DNA of 63,475 nt, filler included, from Octopus bimaculoides (GCF_001194135.2; 7 parts of 7 records of this genome joined end to end with filler, not necessarily neighbours in it); one strand, 5' to 3'; shown: positions 34,911-48,630, counted from the whole stretch's first letter. Program-made: numbers and translations. Notes: generated by a model from the sequence alone, not told the origin.

Positions 34911-35538
34911 TTTCAATATTTTAAACAACAAATTATGAACATACAAAAAACATTTACATAAATCTCTATTTTTGTAGGCAGTTGTATGCCTGTAGAATGT
35001 CTATATTTATGAATGCAGTGTAAATTAACAACAAATAAGCACATTGAGAACACCTTTCAAACCTGCAACTGCTGCGATAATTTTGAAGTGTTAATCGAAC
35101 GGTAGATGTGTATTATTATATAAGGGGGACCTTCCACGTAATTGTTTTTTGTCAAGACTTTCACCTCCTGAATTCTCGTCACATATGTATTTATATGTGT
35201 AGATGTATGTGCATGTTTAATAACGTATGTAACGGGCTCGCAAACACACAGACACACACACACAAAATCCCAAACGCATACACATCCATATACAAAACGT
35301 GACGATATGCACACATACACTCTCATATGTTGTCCCATAAATATATCAAGAGAGACACATACAGGCATACATTCACGGATGTCAGTCATCACATGTGTAT
35401 ATGTGTAGATGAGTGTCTGTTTCATAACGTACCTAACACGGAAACATACACACCCAGACACACACACACACACATATATGTGAGACCGTCATCGTAGTAT
35501 AAAATGTCCGTAACTATATCGTATGTATCGAATGCGCA

Positions 35539-35583
<45 letters not shown>

Positions 35584-35639
35584 CTGTATGTATGTAGGTA
35601 TGTATTTATGTATGTGTGTATGTATGTATGTATATAGTA

Positions 35640-36120
35640 AAGATTATTTGCCATCAACATATAACAGTCCCGGCTAGGACGAATGTTACTGTTATTTAAC
35701 ACCAGGAAACATCACTTGCGGCTGCTTATACGAGACACTATGTCCTTGTATTTTCGAACATCGGAGTTTAGCATCCATATTCATTCCCTGATTCTCGCTT
35801 ATTTCCTTCCTTGTTTAGAGAGTGCGCTACTGAATACCTGTTCGAAAATATATATGATTTTCAAAGTGACATTCAGTAACAGAATAAGTGCTTCAGTAGA
35901 GATGCCGCTGCTAAATTCATGTTCCATAATATATATAATATTCAAAGTAACATTCAGTGACAATAGCCTAAAGTAAAGATTATTTGCCAGCATAATGTGG
36001 CACTGCTGGTTGGGACAAATGTTACTGCTATTTAGTCTCTGGAAACATCGTCTTCAGCTGGCTTTCCAGCACACTATCTCAGTCCTTATATTTTCGAACA
36101 GGGGAGTTTAACATCTCCAC
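35640..36120. repeat. Two diverged direct copies of a ~140-bp interspersed repeat (35640-35775, 35977-36118)
   Basis: agattatttgcca...aatgttactg.tattta....ggaaacatc...tattttcgaaca..ggagttta.catc occurs in both. Confidence 0.7.
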
Positions 36121-36806
36121 GCAGCAGAAATCAATATCCGTGGACCGCGGTTTCTAGTTTATTTTCACTTCCTCAGCAAAGCTAAAAGTTCTGATTTAAA
36201 CTCAACACATATATTTATAACTTAAATTCTTTGTTCCGGCAAAGAATTTTACAGTATCCGGTAATCAGTTTTTTTACCTTTTAATTTAATGAACGTCGCT
36301 CGAAATATCAACAACAAAATAAATTTTATAAAGCCACAATAAAAATATGACATAGTAGAATCATATGACAGTACGGAATCTTGTGGGATTAGAACGATGA
36401 ATGTGGACATACGGCCCTAAATACTGTTTGATATTTCAAGTAATTCTTGTGGAACTGTTTTGAAACTGCATCCTAATACAAATAGATACAGGAGGAGATT
36501 GATTCATGCTATGTCGATATAATGTTAATGCATGAAAGAGTTTCATTTTAGCATGCTTTTTTGTATGTGACAAAGGAAGGAGAGCTAGATAGAAGAACAT
36601 AAAATACTATAGAACAATATGAATCAACAAAGCATAATATAGCATGTCATTGGAATTTGGGAGCGTTTTCATCCCTTCGATAACTTTATCTCCCAACGAT
36701 ATATATATTATGCTAGTTTTTATATCAAGAGAAATATCTCTCCCTTTGTGTGATAATGAATACCACAAAAAGATGAAATGTTAAAATTATTATCAGAGGA
36801 AATAAT

Positions 36807-36838
<32 letters not shown>

Positions 36839-38164
36839 NNNNNNNNNNNNNNNNNNNNNNNNNNNNNNNNNNNNNNNNNNNNNNNNNNNNNNNNNNNNNN
36901 NNNNNNNNNNNNNNNNNNNNNNNNNNNNNNNNNNNNNNNNNNNNNNNNNNNNNNNNNNNNNNNNNNNNNNNNNNNNNNNNNNNNNNNNNNNNNNNNNNNN
37001 NNNNNNNNNNNNNNNNNNNNNNNNNNNNNNNNNNNNNNNNNNNNNNNNNNNNNNNNNNNNNNNNNNNNNNNNNNNNNNNNNNNNNNNNNNNNNNNNNNNN
37101 NNNNNNNNNNNNNNNNNNNNNNNNNNNNNNNNNNNNNNNNNNNNNNNNNNNNNNNNNNNNNNNNNNNNNNNNNNNNNNNNNNNNNNNNNNNNNNNNNNNN
37201 NNNNNNNNNNNNNNNNNNNNNNNNNNNNNNNNNNNTCTACTTCATCAGCTACCTCCGTTTTAACACCGGCGTTTCGAAGAGCTAGGCAGGAGGCATCGTT
37301 AAAACAGCTCTTCCCATGGACCGCAAATTAAATTTGTATACACAAATTAAATCTTGCCATGGAGGAATGTTGTGGCGGACAAAAAACAAGACAAGAAAAC
37401 AAACAGAAAAAGCTTTACGGCCAGACGAGAAAAAATGTTTGTGTGTGAACGCTGTGAGGCACGAACTTGAAAGTAGGGATGAAATGGTTCGTGTGTTTGC
37501 TCGGCGACAGCCAAGGAAGAAAAGGATTATTGACCGGAAGCATGTGACCATGCCGGTGTGAGGGCAAGATAGAGAGTGGCAGAGGGAGAAACAAAGGGAG
37601 GAAGTAGAATAATAGGTGAGGAACGAGAGGAAAAGAGAAAGAGAGGAAGTGCGAGGGGGAAAAAGAGATACGTAGTAGTAAAGAGGAAGAACGAGGGGAA
37701 AAGAGAGAGTGGCAAAGGGAGAAAAAAGGGAGGAAGTAGAAGAATAGGTGAGCAACGAAAGGAAAAGGGAAGGAGAGGAAGTACGAGGGGGAAAAAAGAG
37801 ATACGTAGTAGTAACAGAGGAAGAACGAGAGGGGTAAAGCGAGATACGTATTAGTAAAGAGGAAGAACGAGAGGGGGGAAAATGATAGAGGAAGAGAAAT
37901 ATATATATATATCATAATGTAACAAAGGAAGGAAAAATTCTTCGATACGGTGTAGGAGATCCCAGTACGCCTGTTGAATACCACACAAATATGGTATAAA
38001 TACAAACTATAACCATTGAATTAAGTAGGAAATACAGTTGGCAATCTAACTATTTATATTGTAATATAATGTAATATAAATGTAATATATCATAAGGTAA
38101 CAGAAATGATTAAAAAGTCAAAAGAGCCCACGATTAGTTTGGATTTATATATTATATTATTTGA

Positions 38165-38620
38165 TTTATAGACAAATCATGTCCATGAATGCAAGTCAGT
38201 TCAGAATTTCGGTGTAAAGAGACGGAGGAAATTACGTGTAAACTGATTACCAGATTTCAAAATACTGCTTCAAAAGAGTTTGTAGGAGCGTGTGCGATAC
38301 CTATTGAAATATATAACAAGCACCATATAACATACAACATTATAACGGATAAAATATTTAAAGAGTTACAGCTCTACATCTCTCAAAAGACGTTTCTATA
38401 TATCTCCAATAATATTAATTCAAATGTATCTCAGTCGAAAATATCACTGGCTAGTCCAATAATAATGGATAATAACAATATATAGATAAAAAAAAAGTGT
38501 CAGTCTTACTTAGTTTTCGAGATGGTAATAAAATGTGTAAATCAATATTTATTCAAAATATATGCCTATCCATGTTTGAAAAAAACATATTTCTAGTATA
38601 TCAACTAACTATTTATTTAT
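38165..38620 (+). mobile_element. Possible Penelope-like GIY-YIG endonuclease remnant
   Basis: DKSCP...TASKEFVGAC...YNKHHITY...ELQLYIS...DGNKMCK...ICLSMFEK loosely follows the PLE endonuclease layout CP...Y/F(I/V)G...NH...LS.YI...C.LC..EK. Confidence 0.4.
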
Positions 38621-38770
38621 GTGCAATAATTTCCATATATTTATAATTACTCAAAATATCGTGTTATACTATTAAAATGATAGAATATAATGACACTTCT
38701 CATTTATTTAACGTTACTGATATAATGATTATTCACATTAACTGGTAATAGTCCTTATTTACGTAGTCTA

Positions 38771-39109
38771 TCGAAGGGAGATCCAGTAAATAAAATAAAC
38801 AAAAACTAAGACCTACAATAATTATAACCTATATTATTTCTTAGATAAACAGATAATAAGCTATAAATAATAAATATCAGAATTTTACTAAGACTTTTAA
38901 CTAAGAATTATACTAAAACTTTCAGAATTAACTAAGTTCGAAGTTATTCAAAGAAACTAAAAAATAATGGATATTATTTCCGTAGATGATCGAAGGGACA
39001 CTTTTGTAAATAAAATAAACAACAGCATAAACATAAAATATATATCTATCCGATAAATATAGATATAACCGATATTATTTCTTAGATAAAGAGATAATAA
39101 ACTATAAAT
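38771..39109. repeat. Pair of diverged direct repeats (38771-38868 and 38990-39109), 219 bp apart
   Basis: tcgaaggga...gtaaataaaataaacaa...ataacc.atattatttcttagataaa.agataataa.ctataaat occurs in both. Confidence 0.85.
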
Positions 39110-39419
39110 GACATATAATAAAATACTTTCAGAAGTAACAAATTAGAGTGTTGCATTAAGGATATAAGGTATGAAGTACACATATTAACAAGTATTCAAA
39201 GATATATAATTATATATCATAATTACTATAATCTACTTATACGTACTTACACAAACACATTTCTAGAACTAATAATAAATAAGTTTATCGGAGGAAAAAA
39301 TATCTTTGTAAGTAAAAGGTTATATATTTATAAATAAATTAGCTATTTCAAAAAAACTAGAAATACGTTATCGGAAATAAATGTTTTTTCATAACACTAT
39401 GTAATTATATGAAATTATT

Positions 39420-39420
39420 C

Positions 39421-39483
<63 letters not shown>

Positions 39484-39590
39484 TACTACTACTACTACTG
39501 CTACTACTACTACTACAACTACTACTACTACCACTACAGCTACAGCTACTACTACTACTATCATTATTATTATTATAATGAACAACATCA
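39420..39590 (+). repeat. Compound (ATT)n-(ACT)n-(ATT)n microsatellite
   Basis: Read directly. Confidence 0.95.
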
Positions 39591-40019
39591 TCATTAATTA
39601 GTAAATTAAAATAATGTATTTATAAATGTATAATTATTTAGTATAATGCAGATAACTTATTTGTAATATATAATTAATATTCATCTACGAATATAATTAT
39701 GTATTTTACAGTAAATACAGATATTTTCAATGGAATCAATACGAAATATTACGAATAAATCCACTAAGAGATTTTTACTCTAAATGCCCACATTATTATA
39801 GAATTTAACCTTATATGTCTCTCTCTCTATATATATATAGTTGCACGTGTATGCGTATANNNNNNNNNNNNNNNNNNNNNNNNNNNNNNNNNNNNNNNNN
39901 NNNNATATATATGTACGTATATACAAATGTACACAGATTTGTATATACACATACAGAGACATTCCCACAGACACATACAAGTACATAAATATATATATAT
40001 GCAAATAATAAAATTCTCT

Positions 40020-41950
40020 ACGCACTTATCTACAATAGTGTGTAATGATAGAACGCTTAGACGTCTTTCATTGAGCAATTTCTTCTGAGATGCTAATATC
40101 ATATACAATTCATCTACACATAAGTTACATCTAGCATCATTAATTTTCCACTTTATGTTGCATAATTTTTTACTATCCTTTTTTTTTTCATATATAACTT
40201 TACTCAAACTAATACCATTAAAACTTTTCTTATTGTTAAAAGTGTACTCATGGTTTCATATTCATTTTTAAATAAACTTTTCCACTGACCCGAATGTAAA
40301 AATAATTCTTCCGTTCCAATTAAACTTTAGAATTATACACAATGTGTGAGATTATTCTTTGTAATAAATCTATTATTTCTGTTACTGCAAACATCTAAGT
40401 GTTTATCATTAAATGAAAAGATATTTCTAAAAAAAAAAGTAGATACTGTAAAACCATTCTCATCCCTTTGATATTAATTATTTTATTATATTTATGTTCG
40501 TTATAAAATGTGTATATCTAGATCAGTAAAAAAAGTTTAACCAAATTAGTTTTTAGTTGCCGTACTTAAAGAATAATAGACGAAATATATTATTATCATT
40601 ATTTGAATTAAGAACATTACGTGTATCTGGATTGGCATAAGTGGTATACTTTTTATCCATTCTTACACTTATTTTTATACAGAATTTATCAGACCTATTC
40701 CTATTTATATTGTGACTATTGTTAATCATATTATTATACAATGATATTGCACACATCTCCAGTATTAGATCCATGCATTTCTTTGTCAACTAATTTTCCA
40801 TTATTTATTGTAGTTCTTATTCATATAATATTCTATTTTATTCAGGTACCCCGCTTTTTCATAGGCAACATTATAACATTCAATATTATTTTTTTTATGT
40901 TGTCGTCATTGGAAGATAAATATGAAACACGTCTCGACTTATTATTAACCTCAGTTTTTGTTATTGCTTTAAGATGCTTACTATTAAAGTTAATCTATTT
41001 CAGATGGTTGTTAGATTTATGATATGGGTAGTATATGCCAGTAACTATGTCCAGATTGACATCCAGCTAATTAACTGAATCATGTTCGTTTTCCCCAGAA
41101 ATAGATAAAGAAAATCTTTTTAAAAACTATGGCATTTTTTTCATACATACGTTTAGTTTTCTATTTCACAAACTATTAACCTATACAATTGTTTCATCTA
41201 TATGGAGTCCGCTTTTAATATCGGGAAATTCATTATGAAAATGTTATAAGACGTAAATACCTTCTAAGTTAGTAACCTAGACACAATCCGCCGAACCCAT
41301 GGTAATATCAAAATAATCCTTTGCATTTGCCTGGCCCAGTACTTGTTATCAAATAAAATAATATACTTCCTAGTTAGAGAATGACTTTAATTTCCCTTAC
41401 ACTAATGTTAAAACATTTCGTGGCAAATATAATGTCACTATTGAGCACAGCAGGATTAAGCGAATAATAATAATTATTAATATCAATGTGAATAAATTTA
41501 CTTCTATTTTATTATCTAATTTATCAAACAAATTATTGTCTTCCAGGGTTAGACCAGCGGTTGGATTCAAGTGGTATTGAATATTTTAATCGACTTGTGT
41601 ATGAACATGTCTTTAAGTTGTATAACCCTCTGAATCAATGACCTATTCTGACAGGACGATGTAGGTTGCTACAAAGAGGCTGTCTTCTAGATATTTGATT
41701 TTCTCTAGGATAATGTGAATATAAACTGTTTTTATGTGTTTTAGGCATATTCAAAATATAATCTAGTTTATACTGTGTTGGTTGAATTCTTAGAAATGCT
41801 TAACTGAATTTGAGACTATGTTGCAAATTCTAAGTGATATGTGTCTGTATATATTTGCAATGTAAATCTACGTATTAAAGTCTATCTTTTTCGTATCGTT
41901 CACCATTTGATAAGATCAGTAAATTTATAAGATGACGTTAAACTAAAAAC
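40020..41950 (-). mobile_element. Decayed Penelope-like retroelement (RT plus C-terminal GIY-YIG endonuclease)
   Basis: YFDITMGS (about 41300), GLHIDE (about 41205; ~GLYRDD), DVNLDIVTGIYYPYHKSNN...INFNSKH, then SLSKVIYEKK...NIKWKI..RCNLCVDELYMI...KKLLNER (40020-40210). Confidence 0.78.
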
Positions 41951-42739
41951 AAAAAGCACAGGAGCTCTAAAAGCGTTAACGTGAATGTAAAAAAGAAAAC
42001 AAAATGTATTTCGAAGTATTAAGATTTCTATTTCTAGTACCATAACATAGTTGTAATAATCTAATAACTACAATATGCAGATAAAGTAGCTACATATTTT
42101 TCGGTTTTGCGTAGTGAGTGTTGGATATCATAAAACCGTTATTAAGCAAAAATAAAATATAAAAAGGTTAGGTAACTATAGGTTTAATCTGTATTTATCT
42201 TCTGCATAAATGATTTAGTTTTCCCATATATAATTATTCTCAGCCAGTGGCAAATATTCCTAATTTGCATAATTAACAGGAATATATATTCGCACGTATC
42301 ACTGATACACATTCAGAACTGCTCAATTTGGAATCTGTAACACAGATTCTATTTATAAACATGTTATGAACCATGAACATTTTTGCATTGTAAAACTTTT
42401 AATCTTCCTGATGTATGCATTTTGTTTGGTTAAAAATATTCTGAGTTTTATTTACTTCCACATTCCCTTTCTGATACTCTCTAACTTTACACGCATACCC
42501 ATACACCCACAGACACATCCGCAAAAGCACGCCCCCTCCACCCAAACAAAAAATACGTATATACAAAAACACTCACGTAAAGATAAATACTTACATAATT
42601 CGTAACCGGTCGGTGGAAATTTCTCATAAAAAAACAGTTGTCCAAATAATCAATATGGTTGAACTATACACAAAAGCAGGGAAAGTAAGTATGATCTAAG
42701 AAAATTAAGGAAGTTGTTATATGTTTCTAGTCACAATAC

Positions 42740-43830
42740 GCTCTGAATTGCTTTGGCATTCGCTACTTCGTCATCGCTGGCAAGGTGAGCAGCTCCAACA
42801 GGAATATTCTTTCATTGAACGGTAATCGGTCATAACTTTACTTATATACTACAACATGGATGGGGTTTAACGTAAACCAAAGTTCTTCGCAGATGTAGAA
42901 AAAGCAGTCGGTTTTCGTGAATGCGATAGAACCCGTGATCTAGAGAACATAGGGTAACGCCATCACCCCAGCTTACCTACGTTTACATGTGTATAGATAG
43001 AGATATGTATGTATGTATGTATGATATTGTTAATCTTGTTTCAAGATTGTTTGCTAATAGACAAAATGGCGATTTCTAACCTAGATTCAATGCTCCTTCA
43101 CTGGAATTTGAACATCAACAGCTGGCCATTCTTGTGTGTATGTATGTATATATGTATGTATATGTGCAGATGTGCATATTTTGCTTTATGTATGTATTCG
43201 CATGCATATAGATGCATTTCTGTACATGCACATAAATATTTTAATGATAAATTTCTGGAAAGTGTTATTGATCTTTACAGTTCCAGTGATTGATCGGATT
43301 TGTATTCATCGAATTAGCTTTCTCTTTTTCTGGTTTGAGAAACCTAATTCCTCAAGATTGGCAATTAGGCAGAGTATTACATAACTCAGGATCTCAATAA
43401 TTACACATATACACCTGAGGTAATAGTGACTGGGTGCCAAGTTCGGACTATAGGGTGGGTTGCCATTTATGGTCTTCTCTGAGATTTCATGAGAATCATC
43501 TTGCGCACATATTTCGATAGTGCAACATTTTACTCAAAACCTTATGAATGGTGCTGCGGGAATCCTCGGGAACCAAAATGTGGAGATAATCCAGTATGAT
43601 TTGCCGTTTTCACACAGGATTTTCTCAACCTTCGAAACGGTCTCGTCGGAAATTGATGGCCGTTCGCTTCTTTCTACGTCATCAATTTCTGTACAACTCG
43701 CCATTTACTTCCATTAATTGGTGATGAATTTCAATCGCTTTAACGACTTTTGTGTTCGAAAACCGAATACATGCGTGAATTCACACTTGGTGGCAGCGTC
43801 AATCGAGAGCACCATCATATACAATGCTAA
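42740..43830 (-). mobile_element. Fragmented mariner transposase remnant (N-terminal part 43430-43830, C-terminal part about 42740-42850)
   Basis: IDDVERSERPSISDETVSKVEKIL...STIHKVLSKMLHYRNMCAR...EDHK; downstream DYRSMKE..G..HLASDDEVANA. Confidence 0.7.
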
Positions 43831-44149
43831 GCCAAGACTGAACGTGGCAGCAAGGCATGGGGAGAGGCAGGTGCAGGTGCAGGTACACGCATAACAAACA
43901 CAGCATTTTTGCCAATGGCCACAGGCAGAGTTTTCCTTCCCCCACAACGCTTTGCAGATTTTTCATTTGGGACTACTGTTGTAAAGAAAGAAAACAAAAA
44001 AGTTGGAACAAAAACTTAGAGGCGACAACAAATTATCCGGACAGTGAGACGATACAACAATGGGCAGGAAAAGTCGTAAGCTTCACTTCCACACATTTAA
44101 TTCGTCTTTAGTTGAACGATACCTCTTGCTTTCTTACTAGGAGTCTAAT

Positions 44150-44400
44150 GCCCTTAGCTTAGAATGTCTTCGTGCTGGCCAGATTGGAGCAGTCTCGAGT
44201 GCATCCGAAAGTGCAACTGATCTGGTACTTGACTGAGTATAGGAAGCTCCCAATATTCTGTTCCTGTCTTTTCCTGTCCTTTTCTGTCTCTTATATACAA
44301 TCTGGGAATATATTTCTTATTTGCCGGGGATGTTAGTATACTTCTAAATTTTTTCACGTTATGAGTTTCGGGCACCCTGGGGTCAGAGAATACCCGTTCC
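44150..44400 (-). mobile_element. Possible LINE ORF2 C-terminal remnant (CR1/Jockey group)
   Basis: LSQVPDQLH...S resembles FL..(I/V)PD.P seen at 9500-9760; short and decayed. Confidence 0.35.
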
Positions 44401-45380
44401 GGGGTAACTGAATAAAGCAGGCAATTCTTTGCGACATAAATTTGAGAAATTGATTGTCTTTTTTATATCCATTGGATATAAAAATGTAATATAATACTGT
44501 TTTTATATAAGATTCACGCCTTCCAAATACCTTTAAAATGCTTACTTCTGGTTTTCTAGCGTCATTGACGTCTATATCTCTCTATACCTCTCTCCTTCTC
44601 TATCTTTATCTATCTCTATCTCAATATATCTATCTTTATCACGCTATCCATCTCTATATCTGTGTCTATCTACCTCTCTGTCTTTATCCCTCTATATATT
44701 ATATATCTCCTTATATCTATCTTATTTGTCTTACTAGATCACTCTCTCTCTCTCTCTCCCTCTCTCTCTCTCCTCCCTCTCTCTCTCTCTCTATTTCTCA
44801 TTCACTTTCTATTATTTTCACTTTCATTTCTCAGACTCTACTGTTTTCACTTTAAGTTTAATCGCTATTGTTTTCACTGTAAGTTTTCAGTCGATATTTA
44901 CAAGCAGCGAGAAATTAATGATAGAAAGTAATTTCATACATAATTTACTGACATAAGTAACTTCATAAATATCATTTAGATCCATACATTTCTTTAAATT
45001 TGCCTACAAATTTCTCATTTACTTGTGCAACCTTTTGTGTTGTTTCGTTGTTGACTGAATTACTGATAAAAGTAAGTTCATAATTTACTGACAGAAGTAA
45101 CTTAAATCCGTATACTTAATTAATTTCCATAAGAATTTCTTATTTACTTTCCCAACGGTTTTATGTTTTTCAATTGTTAATGGCTTTTTCCTGGTTCCTT
45201 CGATACTGGCCCTTTAGTTCACTTACAAATTTCGCTGCAACCTGTACAGTTATTTATTTTTCGTAAAATATTCTTAATTACTTTCTGACCATCGTATTAA
45301 GAAATATCATTTCTGTTACCGTGTTATTTTCCCGTTTTACTATCTTCTACACCTGTGTATTTCTGTATACGCTTATAACC

Positions 45381-45990
45381 ATGCCTAGAAGGAACGATTC
45401 AAATTAGTGTACAATGTCATGCTCTGCCAAATTAATGTCTCTATTCAGGGAAATGGAGACATCTGCAGTAAGAGAAGCATACCAAGAAACGAACACACTG
45501 TGCAATACAAAAGTCAGAACATCTCAAAGTGATGAACAGAAGTATGCAGGGCTGACAAGGAATAGGATGTCCACTGCAGAATGGACAACAGTTGCAACAG
45601 CTCAGAAAAGCAACTTCTTTGAAGCAGCTTTCGATTATGATCACCAAACACTTAATTTTGTAGATGACATTAGAGTTTACATTGGTACCATGATAACTGA
45701 GTACATACATTTTGAGACAAGTAAGTGGCCGGGAGTGATACCTGCACTGTGCTGCAGTGACGGATAGTTTAAACACCCTGCAATCCCCCAACCTCCAGAG
45801 TCATTGAAGAAACTATTGTCATCAACTGACTAAGATTCCAAGCATCTCCAAACCCAAGTTAGGCAATACAACGCTGCATAACAGATGACATCATTTGGAG
45901 CGACAAGAGATGTAACTGAAACAGGATTCATGATCCAAGGTCAGATTTTTCATCGGATTGGCTCTCTACTACTTCTGTGAAATGAATCAT
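45381..45990 (+). mobile_element. Helitron Rep/helicase N-terminal fragment
   Basis: MPRRNDSN...AAFDYD...VYIGTM...KWPGVIPALCCSDG..KHPAIPQPPESLKKLL...SKHLQTQVRQYNAA*QMTSFGAT...IQGQIFHRIGSLL; QMTSFGA and QGQI.HRIGSL are hallmark Helitron motifs. Confidence 0.9.
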
Positions 45991-46278
45991 GAAAATCGGT
46001 CATTCATTGTTTATGATTGATACCTGATTTTGCTTACGGCATAAGCTGCAGAAAACGTGTTTTTGAATTACGTGTATTTACTCTATATACATATATGTGT
46101 TGAAATCTTTCTTTCAACATTTCACGTAACGCCTATGTTCCATGCTGGCATGGGTTGGAAAGACATTCATGCAGAAAGTTGGTATTTCAGTTATTATCAA
46201 TTGAGACGTGCGTAATCTAGACGGCGTTTCTTAATTTCATTATTCTCTATTACCCAGCAACGCCGGGTATTTCTCCTG

Positions 46279-46335
<57 letters not shown>

Positions 46336-48344
46336 CGTGTGTGTATGTGTGTATGTGTGTGTGTGTGTGCGTGTGTGTGTGTGTTTGTGTGCGTGTGTGT
46401 GTGAGTGTGTGTATGTGCATGTTCCGTATTCCCGGGCGTCATACTAATACATCTTTTGTTATTTACACCACCTGTTCTCGTCTGTTGTTGTTTTTTCGTA
46501 CATTCTCCCACATATAATACACGCTCACGTGTTCGCACCAGCTAATCCTGTCTCCTCTCATCACACACGAACTTTTGGATTCTACCTTCTTTCCTTCTGG
46601 ATCTACTCTTTCTGGACTGTTTGATTCTGAAGTTTACACCCTCCGGCTGCACCTCTCCTACCCACGGATTACACTGGACCCATCTTCTGATTGGAAATCA
46701 CTTCAATATACCACGACGTCTAAAAAACTTTTGAACTTTTGAACTTTTCCACTTTTGTAAACCTCCTTTATCATCTTTATTTTTACCTTTANNNNNNNNN
46801 NNNNNNNNNNNNNNNNNNNNNNNNNNNNNNNNNNNTTAATTAATTAANNNNNNNNNNNNNNNNNNNNNNNNNNNNNNNNNNNNNNNNNNNNGTGTGTGTG
46901 TGTGTGTGTGTGTGTGCATAATTACACGCATGCGCACGTTAACGGTCGTTCCGGGGGAGATCAATAAACCAAAATACAGTGTTCAGATAGAAACAGCAGG
47001 GAATGGAAAATGAACTGCGGTATGAATAGTCATGTGGGCGGTCACGTGCACCAGTGTGTCGCGTGATTAGAGAATGTAAGATGAGTAGTCTCTTACACAA
47101 CAAGGAAGTGGGTTTCTGGTCGGGTTTTGGTGCTTGGAAGGTGGAGAGACGACTTACATCCGCATCTATATTATGCATCCATTCATATATATATATATAT
47201 ATATAGAAGAAATATATATATATATATATATATTAATATATGTATATATATATATCTACACATATGTATATATATGTATGCATGTATGCATATATATNNN
47301 NNNNNNNNNNNNNNNNNNNNNNNNNNNNNNNNNNNNNNNNNNNNNNNNNNNNNNNNNNNNNNNNNNNNNNNNNNNNNNNNNNNNNNNNNNNNNNNNNNNN
47401 NNNNNNNNNNNNNNNNNNNNNNNNNNNNNNNNNNNNNNNNNNNNNNNNNNNNNNNNNNNNNNNNNNNNNNNNNNNNNNNNNNNNNNNNNNNNNNNNNNNN
47501 NNNNNNNNNNNNNNNNNNNNNNNNNNNNNNNNNNNNNNNNNNNNNNNNNNNNNNNNNNNNNNNNNNNNNNNNNNNNNNNNNNNNNNNNNNNNNNNNNNNN
47601 NNNNNNNNNNNNNNNNNNNNNNNNNNNNNNNNNNNNNNNNNNNNNNNNNNNNNNNNNNNNNNNNNNNNNNNNNNNNNNNNNNNNNNNNNNNNNNNNNNNN
47701 NNNNNNNNNNNNNNNNNNNNNNNNNNNNNNNNNNNNNNNNNNNNNNNNNNNNNNNNNNNNNNNNNNNNNNNNNNNNNNNNNNNNNNNNNNNNNNNNNNNN
47801 NNNNNNNNNNNNNNNNNNNNNNNNNNNNNNNNNNNNNNNNNNNNNNNNNNNNNNNNNNNNNNNNNNNNNNNNNNNNNNNNNNNNNNNNNNNNNNNNNNNN
47901 NNNNNNNNNNNNNNNNNNNNNNNNNNNNNNNNNNNNNNNNNNNNNNNNNNNNNNNNNNNNNNNNNNNNNNNNNNNNNNNNNNNNNNNNNNNNNNNNNNNN
48001 NNNNNNTATATATACATATATATTTCTCTCTCAGTTTTTCTATACAAACGCGCACAAACACACTCAGACACAGGCATCCGTGCACAAACACATACATAGT
48101 GAACACAATAGTATAAAACTGAGTGAGAAAATAGTACAGGAATCCGAAAGGCAGAGTCAAACGTTTTATGAAATCCGAGAACAGAACTAACAATCTGGAT
48201 TTTTATCGCTTTCAATAGTACCAACTATATGCATGCATGCGCAGTAGGCAATGTGACAATAACAAGGATATGTTATGGTGAAAGGGCGGATAGTCTTTGA
48301 CTTACCCTCGTATATTGTGTGTTCCTTTCTGTGTTGCATCTTCA

Positions 48345-48630
48345 CTACTTCGGGAGTGACGGCCCTGCCTGACACGAGGTCCGGGCTCAGCTCGCTCCGG
48401 CTGACAGTACTCGGTATGGACCCCTATCCAGGGTTACGGAAAGGAGACAACCTTCAAAGAAATCCCGAGTGGAGCCCCGTAAGTGGTTTAGTGTTCGACT
48501 CGACACTCTTCTGGCAGTTCCTGCAACCAAGCTGGTGCCAAACGTAATGCTTTGCAATCCTTTGGACTGCGTCGGCAAGGTCGAGAGAGGAACCCTGACC
48601 ATTGGCTACCCAGGATTTTCTTACAGCGTC
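48345..48630 (+). mobile_element. GC-rich structured segment resembling an RTE-type LINE 5' UTR
   Basis: cagttcctgcaaccaagctggtgccaaacgtaatgctttgc...cctttggac...gtcgagagaggaaccctg recalls RTE/RTEX leaders (from memory); GC content is far above the flanks. Confidence 0.5.

Noticed and set aside
38000-42300. Endogenous poxvirus/NCLDV or Polinton insertion suggested by very low GC and short Asn/Ile/Lys-rich ORFs
   Set aside because: The recognisable motifs are Penelope-type RT and GIY-YIG; no viral core gene motif was seen.
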